A DNA stretch of 64,000 nucleotides, taken from the NCBI GenBank assembly GCA_964019425.1, contig OZ025801.1, forward strand, positions 124,001-188,000. The letters run 5' to 3'. The notes under the pieces are model-generated. The model was not told the origin of the DNA. It saw nothing but the letters and a program-made list of their open reading frames with translations, and ran no database searches. Of this stretch, positions 1 through 12,460 are shown piece by piece. Source of the DNA: Flectonema sp. DT1601. Its lineage: Eukaryota. The number at the start of each line of letters is the position of its first letter. Positions within the stretch are counted from its first letter, which is position 1. Position numbers and translations under genes: made by a program.

Positions 1-1714
1 AATGTCGCAATTTTTTTGAATTTTAGCTGCATTTTTTTGAATCGCAGCGGGAATGAAATCAGCGGTGCAAAAGCGATTAAAATAGGTATTCGGTTTTAAG
101 TTTTACTCCCTATTTTCACCCATGAAATACTGGAACCCTAAAATGGACGGTTATTTTTGGAATGACTAATATATCAGTCATTCCTTTTTTTTGCGAACAA
201 ATTCTGGACACTGAAAAAAAATTTCAAAAAAAAATTGTAAAAATTTCGATCGAAGCGGCATTTTAATGCGCTGCATCGTTGGGTTCATTTCCGTCCGAAA
301 TCGGGAGGTTGGCATCACATACTTGTCTCCCGAATTGAGAAAAGAGATTTTGCGGTTTACTAAATCAGCTCAGCCGTGGACAAGTACCAAAACTAAAAAT
401 TAATCGAAGGGTCTAATTTTACACTGCTGGCCCAGCGGGATCCAGAGAAAAAATAATCGAGCAAAAATATATTAAAGAGTACTAAGCATGTGCCGGTGAG
501 GCAGATTGTTACTACCTGTCTTTTTGGACCTACTTTGATACTTAATGATCATTATCACCACCACAGATGCAACATTTTCCTTACATAATTGCTACTAGGT
601 TGATTTGTTAGTAAAAAGGTGCATATCTCTTGAGTGCGGGAGAAGGGGGAAAAAATAGTAAAAAAAAAAAAATTAGGGGTGTTTTTTACTCAGATTTTCT
701 CGATCTTTCCATTCCAGGTCTGGGATTAATATTTATCATTGAGTAGTACCAAGGAAATTTTGCAAAGAGACGTTTATCTCTTTTTAGCAGCACTTACCAT
801 GTTTAAAAGTATATCCCTATGCCTAATTTTACAGATCGCACCCTCCCCGATTCCAAAAAATAAAAAATCGAGCAAAAGTAACATATCGTGTAACCTTGCT
901 CAGGCGGTGAGAAAAAGGTGTTTTTTGTTCGCAAAAAAAAGGAATGGCTGATATATATAAATAAAAAAACAAAGAGCGGCGTCCCAACTGACCGCACAGA
1001 CTCGACCACAGAAACCCGAAGGATAAGTAGTTCCCGGTGCCATGGGATGCTCGCGCCATACCCAGCGGTCAATGGACCGTGGACTTCGGTTCAATTGCGC
1101 TCAGCACGCGGATGGATAGATGTTCCGGGCTTTCTGCAGGTAGTCTTGTGGCTGTTGGCCCCTCTTCTCAACTGTGGCGGAAGCTCTGCACCACTACAAT
1201 TCTCGAATAACAGCTCTCACTTGGGACCGGAGACACTCGTACACCATTACAGAACGCTGCCCCCGTACACACATGGCTCAGAACCGCCGACAGGGCATCC
1301 GATACCACCTACAGCGGACACGCCACATGATTGGACGCCGGGCCCACAGTGGCAAACAATCTGGAGAACGACACCGGAAGGAATGATACACCCGTCGGAG
1401 CCACCCCTTCATCACGAGATGAGGGCCTTGACGACCAGACCGAGTCACCGCGTGAACCGGAAACGGGTCAAGAGATGGGAACGATGGCTGCGGAAGCTCT
1501 CGAGGGAACGCCAGACGAGACCCAAGCCGAAGAAACCACGGTATGCGGGCCTCGAGACTTCGCAGGAGGTGCTGACACTCCGGAATGCCCGCCGTGCTGA
1601 CGCTCCGGAGTGTCCGCCGAACCCACTACGAGCCTCACAACTCCACTACACAAAGCCGGAGAGCCGAGAGAGCTCGAACCAGTGCCGGCGCAGGCCCCGT
1701 TACCGACCACGACT

Positions 1715-3859
1715 TGTTAAAAGAAAACAGGTAACTTTACATGAGCATCGGCTCGAACGGCTCTGGCGAAGCGAGTGAACGAGTCTGATTGCTGAGTATT
1801 GTATTCTGTTTTCTTGTTCTTTTTTTAATTTATTTCAAACAGGGCAACAGGGGGAAAGTTTGGTTTGTATCCCCTGGGTGTTTAGCGTCACCTGTTGAGG
1901 TGTAATGTATTCTGTTTACTTCTATCCCTTTGTTTTTTTTTTTTTTTTTTTTATTTCAAACAGGACAGCAGGGGGAAAGTTTGTTTCGTACCCCCCGGGT
2001 GCTTAGCGTCACCCTCCATGCGATGACCTGAGCTGGCATCGCCAGAATATTTAACTTCACATGGCAATGTCAGCTCGTGAAGGGATCCAGTTGGATCAAA
2101 GGTTTTCTCCCCCCCACTCTATTTATCGTCATTGGTGCGCACCTTCGAACAGGAAGGCCAACACTGACGGAATTTTTTACTTCTCTTCCCAGGGTTGAAC
2201 CTTGGGAAAAAAACAAACAATAAACACAGTGTAGACAAACACCCGCCGGACATCTGCAGAGCAGCGATCGATGTCGATGTCTTCGTTGTCGAACTTCCTG
2301 GCGTTTATGTTTTTGTTTTTAACAACAACACAACACCAACTAACAGGTTTGTCTCATTGCCCGTTCTTTCTTGTTTCCCTTTGCCGCCGGAAGAACGAAG
2401 GTCGACGGAGGTCCGAAGCATTGCTTGCGATGATGTTCCGGTATGTGTTGCGTCTCTGTTATTTGTTTGTTTCAACTCAATTGGTTCATCTCAGGTTTTA
2501 GAAGTCTTCGTCCTGTTCGTTGGGAAGGGCCTGAATCAAAAGTTCACTGCCCCTATTCCTCTCCCAAATTTCTTATTCAGCTTGCCACATGACTGTGTGA
2601 CATTATTGCTACATTGTAGCTCCCCTACAAAAACCTTATTTTTTGCAGTTGTCTTTTGGTTGTAGCAACTTTTATTTTATGCTTTTCTAATGTCCCAAAG
2701 TTGGTTTATTTTACTTTTTTTTTTCTGCAAGGGAACAGTCCAAAGCATAAGTCCGAACAGCCCTAAGGCCAGTGAACGCACTGATTGTTAGGTATTGTAT
2801 TCCAGGGAAAGTTTGGTTTGTATACTTTATTTTTATTTTATTTTATTTAATTTGTTAAAAGAAAACAGGTAACTTTACATGAGCATCGGCTCGAACGGCT
2901 CTGGCGAAGCGAGTGAACGAGTCTGATTGCTGAGTATTGTATTCTGTTTTCTTGTTCTTTTTTTAATTTATTTCAAACAGGGCAACAGGGGGAAAGTTTG
3001 GTTTGTATCCCCTGGGTGTTTAGCGTCACCTGTTGAGGTGTAATGTATTCTGTTTACTTCTATCCCTTTGTTTTTTTTTTTTTTTTTTTTATTTCAAACA
3101 GGACAGCAGGGGGAAAGTTTGTTTCGTACCCCCCGGGTGCTTAGCGTCACCCTCCATGCGATGCTTGCGCAGGGAGAGCCAAGGGTCGAGAACCCTGGAG
3201 ATTACCTTTATTTCTTTTTGTGACTGGATTGCAGTGGCGCAACCCATCACCCCACCTGTTGGTATCTTTTTATTTTTTTTATTTAAAGAAAAAAGCAGGC
3301 TAAGTCGCCTGAGCTGGCATCGCCAGAATATTTAACTTCACATGGCAATGTCAGCTCGTGAAGGGATCCAGTTGGATCAAAGGTTTTCTCCCCCCCACTC
3401 TATTTATCGTCATTGGTGCGCACCTTCGAACAGGAAGGCCAACACTGACGGAATTTTTTACTTCTCTTCCCAGGGTTGAACCTTGGGAAAAAAACAAACA
3501 ATAAACACAGTGTAGACAAACACCCGCCGGACATCTGCAGAGCAGCGATCGATGTCGATGTCTTCGTTGTCGAACTTCCTGGCGTTTATGTTTTTGTTTT
3601 TAACAACAACACAACACCAACTAACAGGTTTGTCTCATTGCCCGTTCTTTCTTGTTTCCCTTTGCCGCCGGAAGAACGAAGGTCGACGGAGGTCCGAAGC
3701 ATTGCTTGCGATGATGTTCCGGTATGTGTTGCGTCTCTGTTATTTGTTTGTTTCAACTCAATTGGTTCATCTCAGGTTTTAGAAGTCTTCGTCCTGTTCG
3801 TTGGGAAGGGCCTGAATCAAAAGTTCACTGCCCCTATTCCTCTCCCAAATTTCTTATTC
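1715..3859 (+). mobile_element. Family 1 non-coding element: 5' partial copy (1715-2579) plus full ~1281-bp unit (2580-3859), ending in a CAAAA-loop hairpin
   Basis: Near-identical direct repeats offset by 1281 bp (ORF track 2195 vs 3476). Inserted at ACGAC|TGACG of the host ORF with no TSD. The first copy lacks the segment at ~3165-3307. Confidence 0.8.
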
Positions 3860-3893
3860 TGACGACGAAGGATCCGACCCGACAGCCACACCA

Positions 3894-5560
3894 GTGTCCG
3901 CACCGACGGCATCCTTACCAGCTGGAGGGAGAAACGAGAAAACATCGACTGAACCAGCCACCGCTGCCCCGACCCCTCCTGGCCCAACCATATCCATCGC
4001 CGGAGGTTTAGGGATATCGGAGCCTGTGCCGAGTCCGTCGACTAGTCCGCAAAGATTGCCCGCAGAACCCGCTACGAGTGCCGCAATTCCATTACACAAA
4101 GACGGAGAGCCGTGTGAGTACGAATCAACACCAGTGCCGACCCCGTTACCGTACACGACTGACGACGGAGGACCCGACCCGACAGCCACACCAGTGTCCG
4201 CTCCAGCTGCCTCCTTGCCAGCCGTTGGACCGAACGAGTTCACGTTGCACGTTCCAGCCACCGCTGCCCCGACCCCTCCTGGCCCAACCACATCCATCGC
4301 CGGAGGTTTAGAGGTATCGGAGCCCGGGCTGAGACTGCCACTCAACAGACCTCTAGAAGCGCCGGTTGATCCGGCATCAGCTGTAGACGTAACTTCCTCG
4401 CCAGCCGCTAAACGAACCGAGACGGATCAGACCGCTCCAGTCACCGCTGTCCCTACTCCTCCGGGCCCAACCATATCCATTGCCGGAAGTTTAGAGTTAC
4501 CGGAGCCGGAGCCGAGACCGTCTTTTCGCCCGCAAGGAGCGCCGTTTGAACCCACAATGGAAACAAGCAATCCTTCACTGCCAATAGGCGGACGGAATGT
4601 ATTCATATTGATCGACCCAGCCGCTGCTGTCCCTATGCCCCCTGGCCCTTCCAAATCCACTGCCGGAGGTTTAGAGATATCGGAGACCGGACTGAGGCCG
4701 CATGAATCGCCCACTGATCCAATCGCTACGCACGGTGGAGAGATAACACCGAACGAAGACGCCCTGTCTGTTCCAGACTCTGCCGTCATGCACCTTCCTG
4801 GCCCAATAACAACTTCTGCCGGACGATGGCAGGAACCGGAGTCGGTCCCAGGTACGCCTTTGAACGCACAGAGAGGGCCGTCACTCACTTCGAAACCCGA
4901 GAGTCCAGCAATAGAACATCCTCCGACCTTCATACCCTTTGGAGTAGGCCTGGAGGGGATTCAGAATCTCGGGGATTCCTGCTACATGAATGCAGCGCTG
5001 CAGTGCCTATGCAAGGGCATGCCTCTTCCGGAATGCAACAAATTGCCGGAACACTCAGCAGACTGTGTCTTATGCACCCTGAGGGAGCTGTCAGAGCTGC
5101 TCGAAGCAATCGTTGAGGCGGGAGCTCCACCAGTCGACTTCGTGTCCACGGTAACGCAAATCCGCACGTGTCAAGTCTGTGAAGACATACACACGGTACG
5201 GTATAGAACGCCCATCCTCAGACTGGAACCTGACCAAAAGACAGCTACTGCCCTTGACGAAACGACGACAAGCCCGACAGACTTCATCTGCCCGAGTTGT
5301 AAATCGTGCTCAGCGGAGATCGTTACATCGGTAGACGAGCCAGCCCGTTCGCTGTTCCTTGGGTTCAAAGAGGGACATTTTGGAGATACCAAACCCGATG
5401 AAGTCATCCTTCCAGAATCCTTCATAGACAGACGCATCGAGCCGCCTCTACACCCTGACTGGAATGATCCAACACACCAGGTTTAACGAGGTCTCGGGGC
5501 ACTATGTGTCGTATACGACAAATGGAAGGGGGGGATGACTGAAACGGCGCCCTGTACCTG
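3894..5560 (+). pseudogene. Pro-rich repeats plus ubiquitin-specific protease (peptidase C19)-like domain, frameshifted
   Basis: Cys box GIQNLGDSCYMNAALQCL at ~4955-5010 and CxxC pairs. His box YTLTGMIQH...SGHYVSY lies in another frame at ~5449-5515. Confidence 0.75.
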
Positions 5561-5629
5561 AGACGAGAGCAGCTACCCTCCTCCACCCAGGATCCAAGAC
5601 GGATTTTAGCACCCTCCAACAGGAAGCCA

Positions 5630-6934
5630 TCTTTCTTCTACGGAGTCGCCGAAGGCAGATCCCCGGGAGTCTATACCACGTGGGAGGAAACGAAGAGGGA
5701 GGTGCACAAATACAGAGGCGCCGTCCACCAAAGATTCGTCCTCCGCGAGTCGGCCCAGCGATTTGTCGAGAGGTACAACCCACTATCAGGGGATACCAAA
5801 GTCGCTCCACCGCCGGGCAGCAGATGGTACGCAGTAGTCAGGGGCCAAAAGTCCGGTCTGTACGACTGCTGGCGCGAAGCGAGCTCGATGGTAAACGCGT
5901 TCACCAGAAGCCGGTACAAGGCCTTCAACTCGCGATTGGAAGCCTCTCTATACTGGTGGGACCACATGGCAGGGGGACCTCAACAGGACTCGCCTCGCAT
6001 GTGCCTATTCTTCGCCAGCCATAGGAACTTGAACACTGGGAGGACGGGGGCGGCCGCCTGCCTGTTGGACACGCAACTGCACAAGTTGACGGCCAGCTGG
6101 GGTGCGACGCTCGACACTGCAGACCTTGGGCTAGCCTCCTACTATGCTGCCCTCAAGGGGATACAGAAGATGAGTCAACAAGATAGAAATGCCACCTGGA
6201 GTTGCAGAGGAAATATGAACACGTGGAGTGCGACAACACGGACGGGACTGGCGGAGGCTGTGCCGGCCACATGGAGCTTCCTCAACACACCAAACGTCGC
6301 CAACAACTGTGCGCAGTTCAAGGCGGAAGAGGTGTCCTCTCGAGATTACTGCTCGCTGATGGACGTGTTGAGACGTACCTCAGAACTGGAAGGGGAGCTG
6401 GGATTACGGTTAGCCAAGAAACCGAGATCCCCAGATTCCGATTCGCAGGGAGAGTCTACCTCAGTCAAAAAACCAAAGGCTGAGGCAGACCATCCACCGC
6501 CTGCCATAGCCGACCCCGATAGAAGCCCAAAGCCATCGGCCAGTCCGAGGAGCAAGAAGCAGTGGTCCCCTGGTTCAGATTCGCAAGACGAGCCTGCATC
6601 AGTGAAAAAGCCGAAGACGTCCGCACCTGAAGTGGCCCGAGAAGACTCAGTGACTTCAGAAGGCCCCCCACTAGAAGATAACCAACGGAACCCGACGGTC
6701 ACGACGGAGATAGAAAGTGTAGCGCCGACCGCCTCACCTGTTGAAACCGCAGTTGCAACCAATGTCGGCCAGAGTAAGCCGGAGCCAAAGGAAACCGACA
6801 TCCCACCGCCGAATGCAAGTCAGGAATTGGAAGATGCCACGGCCCGCACCACACCAGTCACTAAACCGACAGACTTGCCCACCGAAGGCAGTCCCCTACC
6901 GTCAACCGGTCTAAGGACGATAGTTGCAACCATA
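5630..6934 (+). pseudogene. Two tandem RNase H1 N-terminal (caulimovirus viroplasmin-like) domains, a weak RNase H-like segment and a low-complexity tail
   Basis: FYGVAEGRSPGVYTTWEETKREVHKYRGAVHQRF (5636-5738) and WYAVVRGQKSGLYDCWREASSMVNAFTRSRYKAFNSRLEA both fit the YAVxxGxxxGVYxxW...V..Y.....K.F pattern. Confidence 0.75.
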
Positions 6935-7380
6935 CTGTAAAGGGAAATATTCTCGCGGGGAAATATTCTTGCGGGGAAATATTCTTGCGGGGAAATATTC
7001 TCGCGGATTTGGAGATTTTTTTTCAAACTCGCGGGTTTTTCCCCACAAGAATATTTCCCTGCCACAGAGGATTTTTGTGAAAGCCAGCCAGTTGATCAAG
7101 AATCTAAGAAATCTTTGTGCTTCCATCAAGTGTCAGGTAGAACAAAGCATTATTCTCCAAGCAAACACAATAAAAAACTACCATACTGCACAATAAAAAT
7201 AATTTTTACTGAAACTTTCCTTCATAGCACACATATTTTCTTCACAAAAAAGAACAAAAAAATGGCTAGAAAAAAAGTATGCTTGCAGGGAAATATTCCC
7301 GCGGGGAAATATTCTCGCGGATTCAGAAAAAATAATAAAAACTCGTGGGTTTTTCCCCACAAGAATATTTCCCTTTACAG
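6935..7380. mobile_element. MITE (446 bp) with 19-bp TIRs and TA target-site duplication (Tc1/mariner-pogo-like)
   Basis: TA|CTGTAAAGGGAAATATTCT ... AGAATATTTCCCTTTACAG|TA, with internal 17-bp GGGGAAATATTCTYGC subrepeats. Removing it restores the host reading frame. Confidence 0.9.
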
Positions 7381-7382
7381 TA

Positions 7383-7720
7383 GACCCGCCGGAGAAAGTT
7401 GAACACGATGCCTCCGAAGATCCAGTAAACACCCTCAAGGAAGAAGTATATGATGCCCCTGGAGTACGGACAGACACCCTAACCGGGGAAGTACGCGATG
7501 CCTCCGTAGAACCAGCGGATATCCTTACCGAAGTAGAACATGATGCCGCCGGAGAACTAGCAGACACCCTTGCTGAAGAAGTGCGCGATACCGCCGAACA
7601 ACCAGCAGACATCCTTACCGAAATAGAACAGGATGCCTCTGGAGAACTAGTGGACGCCCTCGACAATGAAGTGTGACACCTCTGAAGAACCAGTAGACAT
7701 CCTCACCAAGGAGGAACGCG
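7383..7720 (+). repeat. ~42-bp (14-aa) coding tandem repeat, acidic (EVEHDASEEPADILT-like)
   Basis: Repeated GAAGTA..CGATGCC..GAA..AGCAGAC units, in frame with ORF 5702 once the MITE is removed. Confidence 0.75.
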
Positions 7721-8692
7721 ACTTGTCCAGCCCATCATCGCAGTTACAAACATACGACAAGGAGACCCAGGATAGAAAAAAAAACAATGATAACATTGTT
7801 TATTCTTTTTTTTTTTTTTTTTTTTTTTTTAAATCCTTTTAATTATTTTAAAGAAAAAACAATCAGTTTAGCGTCTTGACCAGGACGGCAAATAGAAAGT
7901 AATCGACATAGTCGATCGATAAAAAAAACAATGATAACATTGTTTATTCCTTTTTTTTTTTTTTTTAATTCTTTTTATTTATTTTTAAAGAAAAAACAAT
8001 CAGTTTAGCGTCCTGACCAGGACGGAAAATAGAAAGTAATCGACATAGTCGATCGATAAAGAAACAATGATAACATTGTTTATTCTTTTTTTTTTTTTTT
8101 TTTTATTCTTTTTATTTATTTTAAAAAGAAAAAAAAATGGAAAATAGAAATTAGTCAACAAAGTCGAACGATAAAAAAAAACAATGATAACATTGTTTAT
8201 TCTTTTTTTTTATTTTTTTTATATTCTTTTTTATTAATTTTGAAAAAAAAACAATCAGTTTAGCGTCTTGACCAGGACGGAAAATAGAAAGTAATCGACA
8301 TAGTCGATCGATAAAAAAAAAACAATTGTGCGTTGATAGGCAAGGTGACCAACCTTGACATTCTTTCTTTTCTCTCCTGTTGTGACAAACACAAAATACA
8401 CACACAGCTTACAGTGTGTTCTTTGTGTATGTTTTCTTCAGGTGTGAGTAGTTTTTTTGTTCGTCCTGGTCAAGACGCTAAACTGATTGTTTTTTTTTTT
8501 TTTCAAATTAATAAAAAAGAATAAAAAAAAAAAAAAAAAAAGAATAAACAATGTTATCATTGTTTTTTTTTTATCGTTCGACTTTGTCGACTAATTTCTA
8601 TTTTCCGTTTCTTTTCTTTAAAAAATAAATAAAAAGAATTTAAAATAAAAAAAAGAATAAACAATGTTATCATTGTTTTTTTATCGATCGAC

Positions 8693-9572
8693 TGAGTTGA
8701 ATTTACCAGGTGAGATTTGGACTGTTAGCTTTTGGCTAAGGCCCTCCCTGAAGAGCAAGAACAAAAAAACTACTCACACCTGAAGAAAACATACACAAAG
8801 AACACACTGTAAGCTGTGTGTGTATTTTGTGTTTGTCACAACAGGAGAGAAAAGAAAGAATGTCAAGGTTGGTCACCTTGCCTATCAACGCACAACATTG
8901 GTGGTCTCTACTAGACCCTGAGTGATCCCACTGGATCTCTCATCGTTCATAGTACCCTGTGTGAAGTTATTAAATCAAAGGTAAACTATGAACTACAAAT
9001 GACTTAGCCTGTTATTATAATGCCACAGGCAGGCCCTGCATTCAGCAACTATCCAGCAGTGCTTGGATGTCCTGATCTTCTTCTAAAAAAAAGAAAGAAA
9101 AACAAGACCCAGAAGTACTAAACTGCTTTCCTTCTTGCTGCCCAGGAGTTTCTGACCAGAACTAATAGAAAATAAAAAGTAGATGGGAAACAATAAAAAG
9201 TAAAATGGATATAACTGAAGTTAAACAAGACAAATGAAGTAACAGACCAGAACAGAAAGAGGATTGTAATAGAAGATTACAAATAAAAAAATGCAAGTAT
9301 CAACACATAATCAAGATACACCAGCAGCTAACAAACAACATAAAATTGAAGATCAGTTGCCAGAGTATTTCAACCATGGTAGAATACTCGCCCCTCTGGC
9401 AGGGATTATCCCAGACTTGTCCTTTAATCTAGTTGGACACCATGGCTTACAACCCTTCCAGAGGGAAGCACCATTATGACTTCTATTTTTTTTCTTCAAG
9501 AAAATCATAAGGTGGGAACAAAGAAAATGCTAAGAGGAACCCCTTATTAACACCTAAGACATCTAAACTGCA
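8693..9572 (-). mobile_element. Family 2 non-coding element, truncated copy (duplicate at 11142-12021)
   Basis: Matches 13678-14639 apart from one internal deletion. Its defined end, TGAGTTGAATT on +, is at 8693. Confidence 0.8.
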
Positions 9573-9976
9573 GAATTTCGATAAAGTGGGAAGTAACGGA
9601 CTGGGAGCTTTTGGCTCCTGCCCTATTCCCGATGGAAACTTTCTTTTTTTTTTTTTTTTTTTTAACAGGCCCAAAGGGCGACAATGATGGTTGCTGACCA
9701 AGGAATAATATTCAAATGAATTTTCGTTTCAAAGAAACGAACAGAATTAAGAGAGAGGCAGAGAAAAAAAAAAAAAAAGAAAGAAAAGAAAAAAAAATAT
9801 GAAGAGGAAATAATCAAACATGAAAAAATAAAAAAAAGAAAAAATAAAATATAAATAAAAAACGTTGTATGAAAAAGGGAAAAAAAGAAAAAAAAAAAAA
9901 AAAAAAAGACCAGAAAAGGAAAGAGAAAATGAAAAGGTATAATATTATTGTGGGGATATGAGGATAGCAGGGAAAT

Positions 9977-10011
<35 letters not shown>

Positions 10012-10775
10012 TTATTATTTAAAAAAAAAAGGAAACAATCAGTTTAGCGTCTCGATCAGGACGGAAAATAGAAATTAATCGACATAGTCGATCGATAGAA
10101 AAAAACAATGATAACATTGTTTATTCTTTTTTTTTTTTTTTTTTTTTAAATCCTTTTAATTATTTTAAAGAAAAAACAATCAGTTAAGCGTCTTGACCAG
10201 GACGGAAAATAGAAATTAATCGACATAGTCGATCGATAAAAAAAAAAAACAATGATAACATTGTTTATTCTTTTTTTTTAATTTTTTTTATTTTTTTTTT
10301 TTTTTTTTATTAATTTTGAAAAAAAAAAACAATCAGTTTAGCGTCTTGACCAGGACGGAAGATAGAAAGTGATCGACATAGTCGATCGATAAAAAAACAA
10401 TGATAACATTGTTTATTCTTTTTTTTTTTATTTTAAATTCTTTTTATTTATTTTTTAAAGAAAAAAAAAACGGAAAATAGAAATTAGTCGACAAAGTCGA
10501 ACGATAAAAAAAACAATGATAACATTGTTTATTCTTTTTTTTTTTTTTTTTTTATTCTTTTTATTTATTTTAAAAAGAAAAAAAAATGGAAAATAGAAAT
10601 TAGTCAACAAAGTCGAACGATAAAAAAAAACAATGATAACATTGTTTATTCTTTTTTTTTATTTTTTTTATATTCTTTTTTATTAATTTTGAAAAAAAAA
10701 CAATCAGTTTAGCGTCTTGACCAGGACGGAAAATAGAAAGTAATCGACATAGTCGATCGATAAAAAAAAAACAAT
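9573..10775 (-). mobile_element. Family 3 element (terminal hairpin, ~400-bp A/T-rich segment, satellite array); duplicate at 12022-13280
   Basis: Reverse complement of ~15500-16645. Begins on + at GAATTTCGATAAAGTGGG. Confidence 0.75.
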
Positions 10776-12425
10776 TGTGCGTTGATAGGCAAGGTGACCA
10801 ACCTTGACATTCTTTCTTTTCTCTCCTGTTGTGACAAACACAAAATACACACACAGCTTACAGTGTGTTCTTTGTGTATGTTTTCTTCAGGTGTGAGTAG
10901 TTTTTTTGTTCGTCCTGGTCAAGACGCTAAACTGATTGTTTTTTTTTTTTTTCAAATTAATAAAAAAGAATAAAAAAAAAAAAAAAAAAAGAATAAACAA
11001 TGTTATCATTGTTTTTTTTTTATCGTTCGACTTTGTCGACTAATTTCTATTTTCCGTTTCTTTTCTTTAAAAAATAAATAAAAAGAATTTAAAATAAAAA
11101 AAAGAATAAACAATGTTATCATTGTTTTTTTATCGATCGACTGAGTTGAATTTACCAGGTGAGATTTGGACTGTTAGCTTTTGGCTAAGGCCCTCCCTGA
11201 AGAGCAAGAACAAAAAAACTACTCACACCTGAAGAAAACATACACAAAGAACACACTGTAAGCTGTGTGTGTATTTTGTGTTTGTCACAACAGGAGAGAA
11301 AAGAAAGAATGTCAAGGTTGGTCACCTTGCCTATCAACGCACAACATTGGTGGTCTCTACTAGACCCTGAGTGATCCCACTGGATCTCTCATCGTTCATA
11401 GTACCCTGTGTGAAGTTATTAAATCAAAGGTAAACTATGAACTACAAATGACTTAGCCTGTTATTATAATGCCACAGGCAGGCCCTGCATTCAGCAACTA
11501 TCCAGCAGTGCTTGGATGTCCTGATCTTCTTCTAAAAAAAAGAAAGAAAAACAAGACCCAGAAGTACTAAACTGCTTTCCTTCTTGCTGCCCAGGAGTTT
11601 CTGACCAGAACTAATAGAAAATAAAAAGTAGATGGGAAACAATAAAAAGTAAAATGGATATAACTGAAGTTAAACAAGACAAATGAAGTAACAGACCAGA
11701 ACAGAAAGAGGATTGTAATAGAAGATTACAAATAAAAAAATGCAAGTATCAACACATAATCAAGATACACCAGCAGCTAACAAACAACATAAAATTGAAG
11801 ATCAGTTGCCAGAGTATTTCAACCATGGTAGAATACTCGCCCCTCTGGCAGGGATTATCCCAGACTTGTCCTTTAATCTAGTTGGACACCATGGCTTACA
11901 ACCCTTCCAGAGGGAAGCACCATTATGACTTCTATTTTTTTTCTTCAAGAAAATCATAAGGTGGGAACAAAGAAAATGCTAAGAGGAACCCCTTATTAAC
12001 ACCTAAGACATCTAAACTGCAGAATTTCGATAAAGTGGGAAGTAACGGACTGGGAGCTTTTGGCTCCTGCCCTATTCCCGATGGAAACTTTCTTTTTTTT
12101 TTTTTTTTTTTTAACAGGCCCAAAGGGCGACAATGATGGTTGCTGACCAAGGAATAATATTCAAATGAATTTTCGTTTCAAAGAAACGAACAGAATTAAG
12201 AGAGAGGCAGAGAAAAAAAAAAAAAAAGAAAGAAAAGAAAAAAAAATATGAAGAGGAAATAATCAAACATGAAAAAATAAAAAAAAGAAAAAATAAAATA
12301 TAAATAAAAAACGTTGTATGAAAAAGGGAAAAAAAGAAAAAAAAAAAAAAAAAAAAGACCAGAAAAGGAAAGAGAAAATGAAAAGGTATAATATTATTGT
12401 GGGGATATGAGGATAGCAGGGAAAT

Positions 12426-12460
<35 letters not shown>

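Larger units (their letters stand above)
918..7676 (+). pseudogene. Decayed, multiply interrupted long ORF of probable retroelement origin (Pro-rich repeats, USP/C19 protease, 2x RNase H1 N-terminal domain, acidic repeats)
   Basis: GC-rich coding-like DNA. The repeat at 1616-1713 (AEPTTSLTTPLHKAGEPRELEPVPAQAPLPTT) continues at 3861 (DDEGSDPTATPVSAP), matching the intact repeat at ~4060-4200. Frameshifts and stops near 5450-5540. Interrupted by inserts at 1715-3859 and 6935-7380. Confidence 0.7.

Noticed and set aside
8728..8741. U2 snRNA (CTTTTGGCTAAG match)
   Set aside because: Only ~12 nt match, with no GTGTAGTA branch-pairing region or Sm site. The match is explained by the terminal hairpin.
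8745..8800. Hammerhead ribozyme (CTGAAGA occurs twice in Family 2)
   Set aside because: No stem II followed by GAAA, and no stem III or cleavage triplet could be built.
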